A stretch of DNA of 64,000 nucleotides from Pseudomonadota bacterium (GTDB lineage: Bacteria > Myxococcota > JACRCW01 > JAFGSX01): the NCBI GenBank assembly GCA_043821645.1, contig JBDRCO010000051.1, positions 96,001-160,000 of the forward strand, in the 5' to 3' direction. A model generated the notes under the pieces. That model had not been told where the DNA came from, made no database searches, and worked only from the letters and a program-made list of their open reading frames with translations. Each line of letters opens with the position of its first letter. The stretch's first letter is position 1. Position numbers and translations under genes: made by a program. Below are positions 8,200 through 17,756 of this stretch, one piece after another.

Positions 8200-9822
8200 A
8201 TGAGCGCACAAACGCGCATTTCAGCTGTCCTGACCGCGATGATCCTGGTGGGCGCATCCTCGTGTCGCACCACGCCCTCCGGGTCCACGTCGCCCACATC
8301 CGCCCCCGCACAGGTCGTTCAAGCAAGCGCAGAACCCTTCGAACTGCCCATCCTCTTCACCTCGGATGAGCATGGCTGGCTAGAGCCCCACCTGTCGGAT
8401 GAAGGGCGCGCCTACGAGGGCGGCATGGCCTACCTGCTGGGCCACTGGAAAGGTGCCTTCGACTACAAGCCAGAACGCTTCCTGGTGCTCTCCGGGGGCG
8501 ATGCCTGGACCGGCCCCTATGAATCCACAGTCCTGCATGGGGCTCCGGTGGTCGCCTTCATGAACCTGGCGGGCTACGACGCACAGATCATAGGTAACCA
8601 CGACTTCGACTTCGGCGCCGACGTGCTGCTGACCCGCGCCCGCGAGGCACACTATCCGCTGCTGGCGGCCAACCTGCACCGGGTGAGTTCGACGGTGCGA
8701 CCGCCCTACGCCGTGGGTCAAGCAGTGAGCCACGTCAACGGCCGGCGCATCGGGATCGTGGGCCTGGCCAACCTCGACACGCCGGTGGTGACGCACCCGC
8801 GCAATGTTGCGGGGCTGGCCTTCAGCCCGCTCGAGGGTGCGCTGCGACGGGAGGTCGCCGCGCTCCGCGCCACCGCCGTCGACGTGGTAGTTGCCGTGAT
8901 CCACGAGCCAGTCGAGGAACTGCTGCCCCTGGTCCCAGTGTTTCGGGAACTGGGCATCTCCTTCGTCGGCTCCGGTCACTCGCACCACCGGGGACTGACG
9001 GTGGATCCCGGGAGCGATCCCACGACGGCCGATGACGTCGTGGTGTGTAATCCAGGTCCCTATGCGCGTGCCTTCTGCCACGTGACCTTGCGCTTTGCCG
9101 GCCAACCACCCCGGCTGATGGGACATGACGAGGACATCGTGCAGGTGCGCGGTCGGATCGACGCCCCAACCTATCCGCCGGACGAGGCTGCCCTGGCCAT
9201 CGTCCAGCACGCGCGAGACTCGGCGTCCTCTGCTGGTGCCGAGGTGCTGGCAAGCACCGCGCAGGGACTCAGCCGCGGGGACCCGGATCAACGGCTTGGG
9301 CACCTGGTCGTGGATGCCTGGCTGGAGGCCCTGCCCCAGGCTCAGGTGGCGATCACCAACGCCGGCGGGCTGCGGCAGGACATCGATGTCGGAGACATCA
9401 GCATGCGCACCCTGGTGGGTGTGCTCCCCTTCGACAACTACCTGCTCCTCGTCGAGCTGACCGGTGCACAGCTCAAGAAAATCCTCGCCCACCCCCAGAC
9501 CATCGCCGGGGGTGTGCGCTTCCGGTACCGGTGCAACGGGGACGGAACGCGCCAGGTGATCGAGGTCCGGGACCTGAACAACAAGCTCCTGGACGACGAC
9601 AAGCCCTACCGAGTGGTGGTCAACGAGTTCATCTACCGGGGCGGCGACCGCTATCGCATTCGCGAGTTCGATCCGCATCCCGAGGAGACCGCATTGCACT
9701 GGCGGGAACCTGTGGCCCGGCACCTGCGGCAACTCACGCGGGACGGCAAGACCGCGGACCTGCCCATCGATGGACGCGCTCGGCCCACCGACGAGGGCTC
9801 GGGCTGCCAGCCCAAGGACTGA
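8200..9822 (+). CDS. 5'-nucleotidase / UDP-sugar hydrolase family lipoprotein
   Basis: Lipobox-like GASSC; TSDEHG, GGDAWTG, GNHDFDFG, GSGHSH; C-terminal domain NAGGLRQDI..LPFDN..VELTGAQL, GGDRY. Confidence 0.9.
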   Translation: MSAQTRISAVLTAMILVGASSCRTTPSGSTSPTSAPAQVVQASAEPFELPILFTSDEHGWLEPHLSDEGRAYEGGMAYLLGHWKGAFDYKPERFLVLSGGDAWTGPYESTVLHGAPVVAFMNLAGYDAQIIGNHDFDFGADVLLTRAREAHYPLLAANLHRVSSTVRPPYAVGQAVSHVNGRRIGIVGLANLDTPVVTHPRNVAGLAFSPLEGALRREVAALRATAVDVVVAVIHEPVEELLPLVPVFRELGISFVGSGHSHHRGLTVDPGSDPTTADDVVVCNPGPYARAFCHVTLRFAGQPPRLMGHDEDIVQVRGRIDAPTYPPDEAALAIVQHARDSASSAGAEVLASTAQGLSRGDPDQRLGHLVVDAWLEALPQAQVAITNAGGLRQDIDVGDISMRTLVGVLPFDNYLLLVELTGAQLKKILAHPQTIAGGVRFRYRCNGDGTRQVIEVRDLNNKLLDDDKPYRVVVNEFIYRGGDRYRIREFDPHPEETALHWREPVARHLRQLTRDGKTADLPIDGRARPTDEGSGCQPKD

Positions 9823-9906
9823 TCCGGGGCTCGCCCAGCCTGCCCGGTCAGGTTAAACTGCTACGGATTGCGGGCATCCGTTCCTCGCACGATCAGGGAG
9901 TATCTC

Positions 9907-11154
9907 GTGGCCAATGTCATGGAGCTGATGCGCGAGTACAAGAACCTGAAGGCGATGCAGCAGGCTGGCAAGCTGTCCCAGGGGGACGAGGACAGGCTGC
10001 GGGAGGTGGCAGCCTACCTGCAGGGTGCCATGGCGTCGCGCAAGGAGGGTGGCACCGCTGCCGCGGCCAAGCCAGCGCCCACCGCGGCCACCACCTCCGC
10101 TGCCCCTGCTGCGCCAAAGCCAACGGTCCCTGCTGCGCCAAAGCCAGCGGTCCCGGCAGCGCCAAAGCCAGCAGTCGCAGCCGCGCCCAAACCCGCACCG
10201 GCAGCGCCGTCCAAACCCCTGTGGCAAAAACAGCAGGAGGAGGACGCCGAACGCCAGAAACGCGCACAGGCGCTGTTCCAGGTCGCGGTCCCCGACGAGG
10301 TGATGGAGTACGAGCCCACGGTCAGCCCGGACAGTGGACCGCTGGAGCATGTGGTGCTCGAGAACGAAACGGGTGTCTCGTTCGCCCCCGAAATTGACAT
10401 TGACAACGACCCGCGCTTCAAGCAGCCACCCAAGCACAAGCCCCGACCTCGCACCATCGACGAGCTGCAGCAGCAACTCGAGCAAGTCCACAGCCAATCC
10501 CTGTATTCCACCTCCTTCGATGAGCTGCAGGCCGAGTACTATTACGAGTACTTCGACGAGGGCTATGGCCTGGTCGACAACGAGGCGGAGGTCGAGGCGG
10601 AGACCATCGATCCGCGGGAGATCGAGCTGCGCCGGGCGGGTCTGATCTCCGATACCGGCACACCGGGTGAAGGTGCAGCCAGCATCACCGCCGTTCCGGG
10701 CGGGGTGTTCCTGGACGATTTCATGGTGCTGTACGAGAAGGGCGTGCTGCCCCGGCCGGAGGACGACGAGGAGCCCGAGCTCGAGGATCCCAACGCCCTG
10801 GTTCCGGGCAAGCGCAAGGTCGCCCTGCACATGCTCAGTGGCGAGGTAAAGCGCGGCAGTGTCGCCAAGATCCTGCGCGGTGCGCCGGTCTTCGTGTTCC
10901 AGCCCGAGCGCGGCAAGGGTGAAGAGATCGATTTCGGCAGCATCAAGGCGCTCTTCATCATGCGCAGCAAGAATCCTCCAACGCCCGGGGCTGCGGCGCG
11001 CCGCCTGACGGTCGAGTTCAAGGACCGCCGACGCATCCAGGGCGTGTCCTGGGATTTTCAGCCCGGGCAGCCCATGTTCACGCTGGTACCCCAGGGTCCG
11101 GGTAACTTCGAGCTGGTCATCATCAACGTCGCGGCTGCGGCCCGGATCGGCTGA
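9907..11154 (+). CDS. Hypothetical protein with AAPKP repeats, acidic middle and duplicated small beta C-terminal domain
   Basis: Long ORF with normal high-GC codon pattern and AGGGAG RBS before the GTG at 9907. The C-terminus has two similar units (KRKVALHMLSGEVKRG / RRLTVEFKDRRRIQG). Confidence 0.7.
   Translation: MANVMELMREYKNLKAMQQAGKLSQGDEDRLREVAAYLQGAMASRKEGGTAAAAKPAPTAATTSAAPAAPKPTVPAAPKPAVPAAPKPAVAAAPKPAPAAPSKPLWQKQQEEDAERQKRAQALFQVAVPDEVMEYEPTVSPDSGPLEHVVLENETGVSFAPEIDIDNDPRFKQPPKHKPRPRTIDELQQQLEQVHSQSLYSTSFDELQAEYYYEYFDEGYGLVDNEAEVEAETIDPREIELRRAGLISDTGTPGEGAASITAVPGGVFLDDFMVLYEKGVLPRPEDDEEPELEDPNALVPGKRKVALHMLSGEVKRGSVAKILRGAPVFVFQPERGKGEEIDFGSIKALFIMRSKNPPTPGAAARRLTVEFKDRRRIQGVSWDFQPGQPMFTLVPQGPGNFELVIINVAAAARIG
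10108..10200 (+). repeat. 24-bp coding tandem repeat (AAPKPxVP, about 4 units)
   Basis: gctgcgccaaagccaacggtccct / gctgcgccaaagccagcggtcccg / gcagcgccaaagccagcagtcgca / gccgcgcccaaacccgcaccg. Confidence 0.85.
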
Positions 11155-11175
11155 ATCCTGGACATCAGCTCAGGG

Positions 11176-12705
11176 TCATTGCTCGCTCTCGGAGAGACGC
11201 GTTCGGCCCTCGCCGTATCTGAAGGTCGAGGACCAGAACACGTAGATGAGGAATTCCTGCGTGTCGACGGGGCGCACCGCAGGGTCGGTGGACTCGAAGA
11301 AACGCGCACCTGGGCTGACCACGCGCGCTTTCTGGCCCCACCCAAAAACGGTGCAAAGGCCCAGACGCGACAGTGAGTTCTCTCCGAAGTAGCCAGCCGT
11401 CAACGTGGCCCCCACATGGTCCACGTTGGAGACCCTGGTCGACGCATTCGTGAGGTAACCCTTGTCGTCGACGGCGTAGTCCGGGGCACTCGAGAGATCG
11501 GTGAACAGTCCCACCCCCAGGGAAATATCCCCTCGCAGGAGTTTCTCGACGCCCAGGTTGACGTTGCCTGTCCACTGGCGATCGACCTCGACCGGGATGG
11601 GGCTCTGGCGCCGGATGTTTGCAGGCAGCGGCGTGAAGGTGTCCTGGCCCAGCAGGGCCACCTGGCACAGCGGCGTGAACTCACCGACGATATCCACGTT
11701 GCAGGCATCCCCGACGAGTTCATAGCGGGTGGGCGCGTACAGGCTGAGGTCCAGGGTCAGGGTGAAGTCGTTGGCCTTGACGTAGGCCAGGCCGAGCCGC
11801 GCCGTGAGCGGCATCAGCGACCCCTCGTAGCGCACCCGCGACTGCACCGCGCCGAGATTGGTTTCGGGAACACCACCCGTCGTCGACACGTAGTTGGCCC
11901 GGGCGCTGCGCACGCCGAAGCTTCCGCGCTGGAAGACCGACAGCGAGGGAGAGGTGAGCGCCAGACCGATGAGCCAGCGGCGGCTGGGATGAAACTTGGC
12001 GCCGAGGATCACGGCCAGCGAGGCATTGGTGAGGCTCAGATCCGAGGTGCTGGTCAGGTAGGCCGGCGCCGTGTCGAGCGTGCTGATGTCGAGCAGGGTG
12101 AATTCCTCGACCATGTCGATGAGCCGCAGGCTGGTCTGCAGGGCAGCGCCCAGGCGAAGCCAAGGCCCCACCCTGTACGCATAGCCGGCCGAGGCCAGGA
12201 TGGTGCGATCAGAGATCCGGCTCGATGTGGACAGGTCAAGGCTGTGTTGCAGATCGTGGCTCTGATGCACGCTCCCACGGTAGGAGGGCACTATCGCCCC
12301 CAGGGCCACACCGTGGGGGAAGCTTCCGTCGGGGAGCTGACGGCCAAAGGCCCAGGCCACGCCGGTAGCCGCCGGGATGATGTTGACTTCGGCGCCGGTG
12401 ATGGGACGTCGCGTGAACTCGTCGATCCAGCGCTGGCCGTCGAGCTCCCCGGCGAAGCTGAGCTGGCGCTCGAAGCCATACAGACTGCTCGAGATGGAGA
12501 GGTTGGCGCGGCGCACGTCGACGATACCGGCGGGATTGAAGTAGAGCCCGGACGAGTCGTCGGCAATGGCAGTGAAGGCGCCTCCCAGTGTCGTCCCCCG
12601 GGCACCAGCCACGAAGTTCTGGTAGTGCGCGTCGTCGGCATGGAGTGTGGAGACCGCGAGGCTCGGCAACAGGCATGCAAGAAGGCGAGCCAGGTCACGC
12701 ATCAT
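11176..12705 (-). CDS. Outer-membrane beta-barrel, FadL/OmpP1-like
   Basis: Signal peptide; GARGTTLGGAFTAIADDSSGLYFNPAG N-terminal motif; alternating beta strands through to the C-terminus. Confidence 0.75.
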   Translation of the reverse strand: MMRDLARLLACLLPSLAVSTLHADDAHYQNFVAGARGTTLGGAFTAIADDSSGLYFNPAGIVDVRRANLSISSSLYGFERQLSFAGELDGQRWIDEFTRRPITGAEVNIIPAATGVAWAFGRQLPDGSFPHGVALGAIVPSYRGSVHQSHDLQHSLDLSTSSRISDRTILASAGYAYRVGPWLRLGAALQTSLRLIDMVEEFTLLDISTLDTAPAYLTSTSDLSLTNASLAVILGAKFHPSRRWLIGLALTSPSLSVFQRGSFGVRSARANYVSTTGGVPETNLGAVQSRVRYEGSLMPLTARLGLAYVKANDFTLTLDLSLYAPTRYELVGDACNVDIVGEFTPLCQVALLGQDTFTPLPANIRRQSPIPVEVDRQWTGNVNLGVEKLLRGDISLGVGLFTDLSSAPDYAVDDKGYLTNASTRVSNVDHVGATLTAGYFGENSLSRLGLCTVFGWGQKARVVSPGARFFESTDPAVRPVDTQEFLIYVFWSSTFRYGEGRTRLSESEQ

Positions 12706-12731
12706 CAACCGTCACCGTGGGGGGATCACTC

Positions 12732-13574
12732 TCAGAGCGCCAGCAAGGCGCCCCCGGCCGCCGCGACGAGGACACCGAGGCCCGCCACGACCCCGGCACC
12801 CACGCCGAGGCCCAGCACCTGACCGTGCAAGTCGCGAGCTTCCTGGCCACTGTCGGCCTGTCCATAGGCGCTGTACTGCATCCCGGAGACGGCTCCGAGG
12901 GCAGCAGCCACGAGCACTCCCGCGCCCCCCACGCCCAGCATGGCGATGGGCAGGATGGGCAGCTCCCCCTCCGGCGAGGATGTGTCGGCGGCTGGCGAGG
13001 CTGCGGTCCCGGGCGACGTCGTCGCCGTGGTCGAGGTCGCGACCGATGCGGGTTCGGGGGTGCCGGCGGCGAGGGCCTCACTGGCGGTACCCCCCGCGGC
13101 ATAGACGGCCATCTCGCGGGCAGCCTGGCGGATGGCCTCGATGAGCACGTCGTCCTCGCCCTTGACAGTCTTGCTCCAGCGCTTCTCGACGCGCGCCGTG
13201 GCGTGATCGATCATGGTCATGTTGAGCACGAAGGTGCTGCCCACCTTGCCGATCTTGCCCGAGATGATCTTGTGCACGCCCAAGGCCCCGGCGATCTCGG
13301 CCAGGCACGAGGTGTCGTCGCAGCCGAGCTTGGACTTCTGAGCCTCGAAGCCCAGCATGGCCTCGATCTCGTCGCGAGACACCACCTGCAGGTTCGAAAA
13401 GCTATCGAACTCGGAGACAAACAGGCCGTACAGGTTCTCGACGGCGTCATCCTTGAAGTTGGGCGCGGTGAACTTCATGACCGCGACCTTGATCTTGTCA
13501 GGCTTGGCCGATGCCGGCTCGGCCGCAGCAGCCGCCAGGATCAGAGCCGAGGTCAAGAGCGTCGTCGTCACCAT
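12732..13574 (-). CDS. Exported protein with CsgG/TolB-N-like domain and C-terminal hydrophobic hairpin
   Basis: KVAVMKF..QVVSRDEIEAMLGFEAQK..LGCDDTSCLAEIAGALGV..IISGKIGKVG; two C-terminal Gly-rich hydrophobic segments. Confidence 0.7.
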   Translation of the reverse strand: MVTTTLLTSALILAAAAAEPASAKPDKIKVAVMKFTAPNFKDDAVENLYGLFVSEFDSFSNLQVVSRDEIEAMLGFEAQKSKLGCDDTSCLAEIAGALGVHKIISGKIGKVGSTFVLNMTMIDHATARVEKRWSKTVKGEDDVLIEAIRQAAREMAVYAAGGTASEALAAGTPEPASVATSTTATTSPGTAASPAADTSSPEGELPILPIAMLGVGGAGVLVAAALGAVSGMQYSAYGQADSGQEARDLHGQVLGLGVGAGVVAGLGVLVAAAGGALLAL

Positions 13575-13659
13575 CTGTCACCTCGCGGTTGCCCGGGGAC
13601 GTTCGGATACCATTGTATCAGCTGGAGCCATCTGGGGCCGCACCAGGCCCTGGACCCCA

Positions 13660-16600
13660 TCAAGGCACGCAGCGCGGTCCCCTCGGGGTGCCCCTGCAAT
13701 TTCCCGCGATCCCTGCGCCCGTCGTGCAGGCCCCAACGGAAGGGTCACATCCCTCGAGCTGATCGGTGCTCATGCACGCACCCTGGCTGCTACAGACCGC
13801 CACCTCGTTGTAGCCACGATCATCGTCGCGGTAGATCGCATCGCAGGTCTGACCCACGGCACGACCACCACAGCGCGGGTCGCCCTTGAGCAGGCACAGC
13901 GCCGGCCCCTGGAGAGGCTCCCACAGCACGCCATCCGTGACACCTCGCCCATATGGCCTGCCATCGCAGGGCGCGCCGGTGGCGCGGTTTGCGGCATCCG
14001 CGAGATAGGGCGCGCAGGAATTGGCCTGACAGAGCTGACCGGCTGGACACTCGAGCCAGCTCGTGCAGCCGCGCCCCAGACCACAGACGGAGCCCTCCAC
14101 GTCGGAGATGTGGCAGCGTCCACCCGCACAATCCGCGCCCGAGAGGGAGCAGCGTTCGAGGCGCCAGGGCACGCACCCGGGCTCGCCCGTCAGTCCAGCC
14201 AGGGGCACGGGCGCGCCGTCGAGGCAGATCTCACCGGGCTGGGTCAGGTCACAGCCCACGCGCGGATAGCACAGACCGTTGCCGCCGCCATCCTCGATGC
14301 AGAGTCCACCCTCGGGGACACCGAAGTAGGCGCAGTAGGGACTGCTACGACTGCAACCGCCCGAGGACGGCGTCACGGGTTTCAGGCGGCAGGTCTTGGA
14401 GGTCACCGTGCCGACGGTGAAAGGGAGACAGCTGGAGTTGGCCGTGACCGGGTGGCACTCGGTGTCGGTGTTGCAGGTCGGCAAGCAGCCCCCCACCTGG
14501 CAGCGGCTGTCGGTGGCGCAGGTCAGCGATGGTCCGCAGCCCGGCGACAGGCCCTGCCCCGTGGGTACGCAGCTATGGTTGGTGTCCGCAATGCCTGGCC
14601 ACAACCCGGCACTGCACCGCTGCCCCGTCACCAGGCTCGCGTCCGTGGGCAAGGAGGTGCGTGACCCGCAGAACTCTCCCAGGCCGAAGAGGCCGCTCTC
14701 GCAGTCGCGAGGGATCAGTGCCGTGGGGTTGAAGGGAGCTGCAGACCCCATGCACACACAGGTCGGGCCGCAGAAACCAAGCATGCCATTGCAGGTCGCC
14801 ACGGGTTTTCCGACGGGCACCAAAGCTCTCGGCGTGCAGAAAGTGAGTCCAGTCTGCTGGACGCAGATGCCAGCCCAGTTCGTGCCGCAGGTCAGCCCCG
14901 GGGTGCTGCAGGTGACCGAGGACTGGGGCGCGCAGAAACCCTCAACGGTTCCCGACTGGATGCAAAAAGACCCCTGCTCGCAGTCCTGATTCTGGATACA
15001 CCTGTTTAGGCGCCAGCAGCGGCCTTCGAGCCACACGCCATCGCCCTGACAGGCCTCGCCATCACTGAGCCCGAACATGCACTCGATCGCGTCCGACTGT
15101 GCCGTGCAGCTTCCGTTGCCCGCGCTGTCGGGCAGGCACAGCAACCCGCAGGGGCACGCGGGGTCATTGGATGCATAGCAGGGCAGGTCCCAGGATGGGG
15201 GCTCACCCGTCGTGTCCAGGCAGCTGGCGCAGGCGCCGAGCACTGAAGCATGCCAGGGCGGACAGTTGCCCTGCACGTCCTCGCTCTCGACACAGCGGCC
15301 CGCGCGACACACGAAGCCAGAGCGGCACTCGCTGTCCTGCTGCGAGGGGCACAGCACCCGCTTGCCATAGCAGTGCGCGTTCTCCTGCCACATGCCACAG
15401 GGACATCGACTTGCAGTGGCGGACTCGCGCAGAGTCCACACCGCGTCCACCCCGTTGACCAGATCGCACTCGAGACAAGCATCACCGAGGAACCTGTCGG
15501 GACAGCCCAGCTCGGTCCCGCTCTCCGCGCACAGTCCCGCCACACAGTGCGCCGAGGGCTGACAATCGTCGTCGGTCATGCACAGCGGCGGCCCCCCTCC
15601 CCGCACGAAGCAGCGCTTGTCACCACTGTCGCAGCTGGCGCCTTGCGGGCAGTCGGCGTTGTCCTGGCAGGAGATGGACAGATTCATCACGGCCTCGGGG
15701 CCCAGGCAGGCTCCGTGGTAGGGGGGTAAAGAACAGGTGCCGGCGGTGTGCTTGGGCACGCAGGCGTTGGCAACGCAGACGCAGCCGTTCGGGCCGCTGC
15801 AATTCGCCGTGGTGCACTCACCATCGTCGACGCAGAACGGTGACGGGATGTCCCTGCCCTTGCTGGGCACGCAGAGCAGAGTCCCCCCGGTACAGATGGG
15901 CGAGCTGACGACCTGGGTATTGCTCGGACAGGACGTTGCGCAGAACTGGTTGGGGCTGCCACAGGTCCCGCCCACGCAGTAGTGCGTGGATGGGCACTCC
16001 AGGCTGGTGCGACAGGGCCAGTCCGGGCAGCCGCCCATCGGCCCCGGAACTGTCGGGCACTGGTCCACGCCCGAAAAATAGCCGTCCCCGTCGCCATCGT
16101 TAATGCCGGTGCGGATCAGGCAGTTGTTGTTGGGATCGAGGTCGGGCCTGAAGCAACTTGTTCCCTGGCTTGTGCTGTAGGGTCCGGAGACCGAACAGAA
16201 ACCAGGCTCAGCCGGGTGCCCGACCGGGAAGTCGCAGGCGGGGTTGGCTCCTGGTGGAATGGCAAACCTGCAGTCGTTCTCGGACTGACAGCGCGGCAAG
16301 CACAGCGTCGGGCCGCCCGGACCTGTCACCGGATACAGCCCACCGCCGCAGACCGTCGAGCCGCCATCTATTGCCGTGACGATGCTGGCCTCGCCAAGCG
16401 CCTGCCACATCAGGGCCTCAGGCGCGAGCAGACAGAACTGGCTGTCGTCGTAAAACCTCGTGCAGACCAGCGGGCCACCACAGTCCTGCGGACCTGTGCA
16501 ACTGATCCCAACAAACGCGGAGGGGATGAAGGTGAGCACTCCGGACACGGCAGGGTCGGGGTGGCTGCACACAGGCCCCACTTCTCCTGGCAGGGGGTCC

Positions 16601-17586
16601 GCGGGGAGGGTCAACCCGGCACCGCAGCGGGCCACGCAGATGCCCTGGTTGCTGCTGCTCAAGCTGCCATCGAAGCCCATGCCAAGGCAGAGGAAATCTG
16701 ACGCACAGGGAACATTCGGTCCGCAGCCTTGCAGACACCAACCCGTGGCGCCCTCGAAGGGAACGAAGCACTCGAGGCCATCACCGCACCAGCTCTGACC
16801 TCCAGGCTCGGGCACGCAGGTGCTGTAGGGGCCACCGCGGCGGTGAACACAGTTGAAGGTGCTCGTGTCGCAGGTCAGCAGGGCATGCTCGCAGGTGGCG
16901 TCCGATGTGCAGCTCTCCGGTGCGCAGAGCCCAGACCAGGTGCTCGAAGGATTGGCCTTGACGCACACGAAGTCGGGGGACACGCAGTCCGTGTTCTGGT
17001 CACAGAGCACGGGTCGACAGAAATCCGTGATGCAGCGAAACCCCGCCGGGCAATCTTGACCCGAACCGCAGCTCGTGGCGCCGGCGGAATCCCAGCCACC
17101 CGCACTGTCGGAGACTGCACCATCCGTCGACGAAACCGTGTCCTGAGATGTCCTGTCCAGGCTACCCGAGTCGGTGACAACCAGGACGTCCGTGCCCGAG
17201 GTGTCCGTGCCTGTTGTATCTGTGTTCACCAGATCCCGGCTCATGGCGTCGGTGCCGGCCCTGTCCACGCTGGCCAGATCGTTCACCCCAGCATCGCGAC
17301 CGCCGGTGTCGACGGAAGTCAGGTCCGTGGTCGCAGCATCCGAGGCGCCCTTGAGCTGGCAGCGACCCGCGACGCAGAGGTCGAACGGAGCCGCACAATC
17401 ATCCGAGGTCGTGCATCCGCTGCCCTGGCAGGTGCCGTCGACGCATTCGAGCCCCGGGGCATCGCACTGTTCGTCCGAGCTGCAGCTCTGGCCGTAGTAC
17501 TCGTAGGGATTGTTGAACGGGCAGGCCGTGAGCAGCAAAATCCAGCCCAGGGTCACCGGGATCGCGGATCGCGTCGTCATGCTCAT
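13660..17586 (-). CDS. Large cysteine-rich surface lipoprotein (about 1300 aa)
   Basis: Lipobox LLLTAC; Asp/Thr/Ser-rich DAG-type linker; many C-x-x-D-x-D/E-C-x4-C-x4-C repeats; one DGDGDG..DQCP Ca-binding-like repeat; GGAG RBS before the ATG at 17586. Confidence 0.8.
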   Translation of the reverse strand: MSMTTRSAIPVTLGWILLLTACPFNNPYEYYGQSCSSDEQCDAPGLECVDGTCQGSGCTTSDDCAAPFDLCVAGRCQLKGASDAATTDLTSVDTGGRDAGVNDLASVDRAGTDAMSRDLVNTDTTGTDTSGTDVLVVTDSGSLDRTSQDTVSSTDGAVSDSAGGWDSAGATSCGSGQDCPAGFRCITDFCRPVLCDQNTDCVSPDFVCVKANPSSTWSGLCAPESCTSDATCEHALLTCDTSTFNCVHRRGGPYSTCVPEPGGQSWCGDGLECFVPFEGATGWCLQGCGPNVPCASDFLCLGMGFDGSLSSSNQGICVARCGAGLTLPADPLPGEVGPVCSHPDPAVSGVLTFIPSAFVGISCTGPQDCGGPLVCTRFYDDSQFCLLAPEALMWQALGEASIVTAIDGGSTVCGGGLYPVTGPGGPTLCLPRCQSENDCRFAIPPGANPACDFPVGHPAEPGFCSVSGPYSTSQGTSCFRPDLDPNNNCLIRTGINDGDGDGYFSGVDQCPTVPGPMGGCPDWPCRTSLECPSTHYCVGGTCGSPNQFCATSCPSNTQVVSSPICTGGTLLCVPSKGRDIPSPFCVDDGECTTANCSGPNGCVCVANACVPKHTAGTCSLPPYHGACLGPEAVMNLSISCQDNADCPQGASCDSGDKRCFVRGGGPPLCMTDDDCQPSAHCVAGLCAESGTELGCPDRFLGDACLECDLVNGVDAVWTLRESATASRCPCGMWQENAHCYGKRVLCPSQQDSECRSGFVCRAGRCVESEDVQGNCPPWHASVLGACASCLDTTGEPPSWDLPCYASNDPACPCGLLCLPDSAGNGSCTAQSDAIECMFGLSDGEACQGDGVWLEGRCWRLNRCIQNQDCEQGSFCIQSGTVEGFCAPQSSVTCSTPGLTCGTNWAGICVQQTGLTFCTPRALVPVGKPVATCNGMLGFCGPTCVCMGSAAPFNPTALIPRDCESGLFGLGEFCGSRTSLPTDASLVTGQRCSAGLWPGIADTNHSCVPTGQGLSPGCGPSLTCATDSRCQVGGCLPTCNTDTECHPVTANSSCLPFTVGTVTSKTCRLKPVTPSSGGCSRSSPYCAYFGVPEGGLCIEDGGGNGLCYPRVGCDLTQPGEICLDGAPVPLAGLTGEPGCVPWRLERCSLSGADCAGGRCHISDVEGSVCGLGRGCTSWLECPAGQLCQANSCAPYLADAANRATGAPCDGRPYGRGVTDGVLWEPLQGPALCLLKGDPRCGGRAVGQTCDAIYRDDDRGYNEVAVCSSQGACMSTDQLEGCDPSVGACTTGAGIAGNCRGTPRGPRCVP

Positions 17587-17756
17587 GACTTGCTCCTCAT
17601 GCACGGATCTCACTGCGGTCGTGGTGGAGTCCCCCGACGACCACGAAGGATAGCACCTTGGTCCGGCGGCACAACGCCCCTGTCCCTTGTCCACGCCGGG
17701 ACCCCGCGCTATGGTCCGCCGCCATGTCCATTGCGCTTTCTCCGTCGAGGTGAGCC

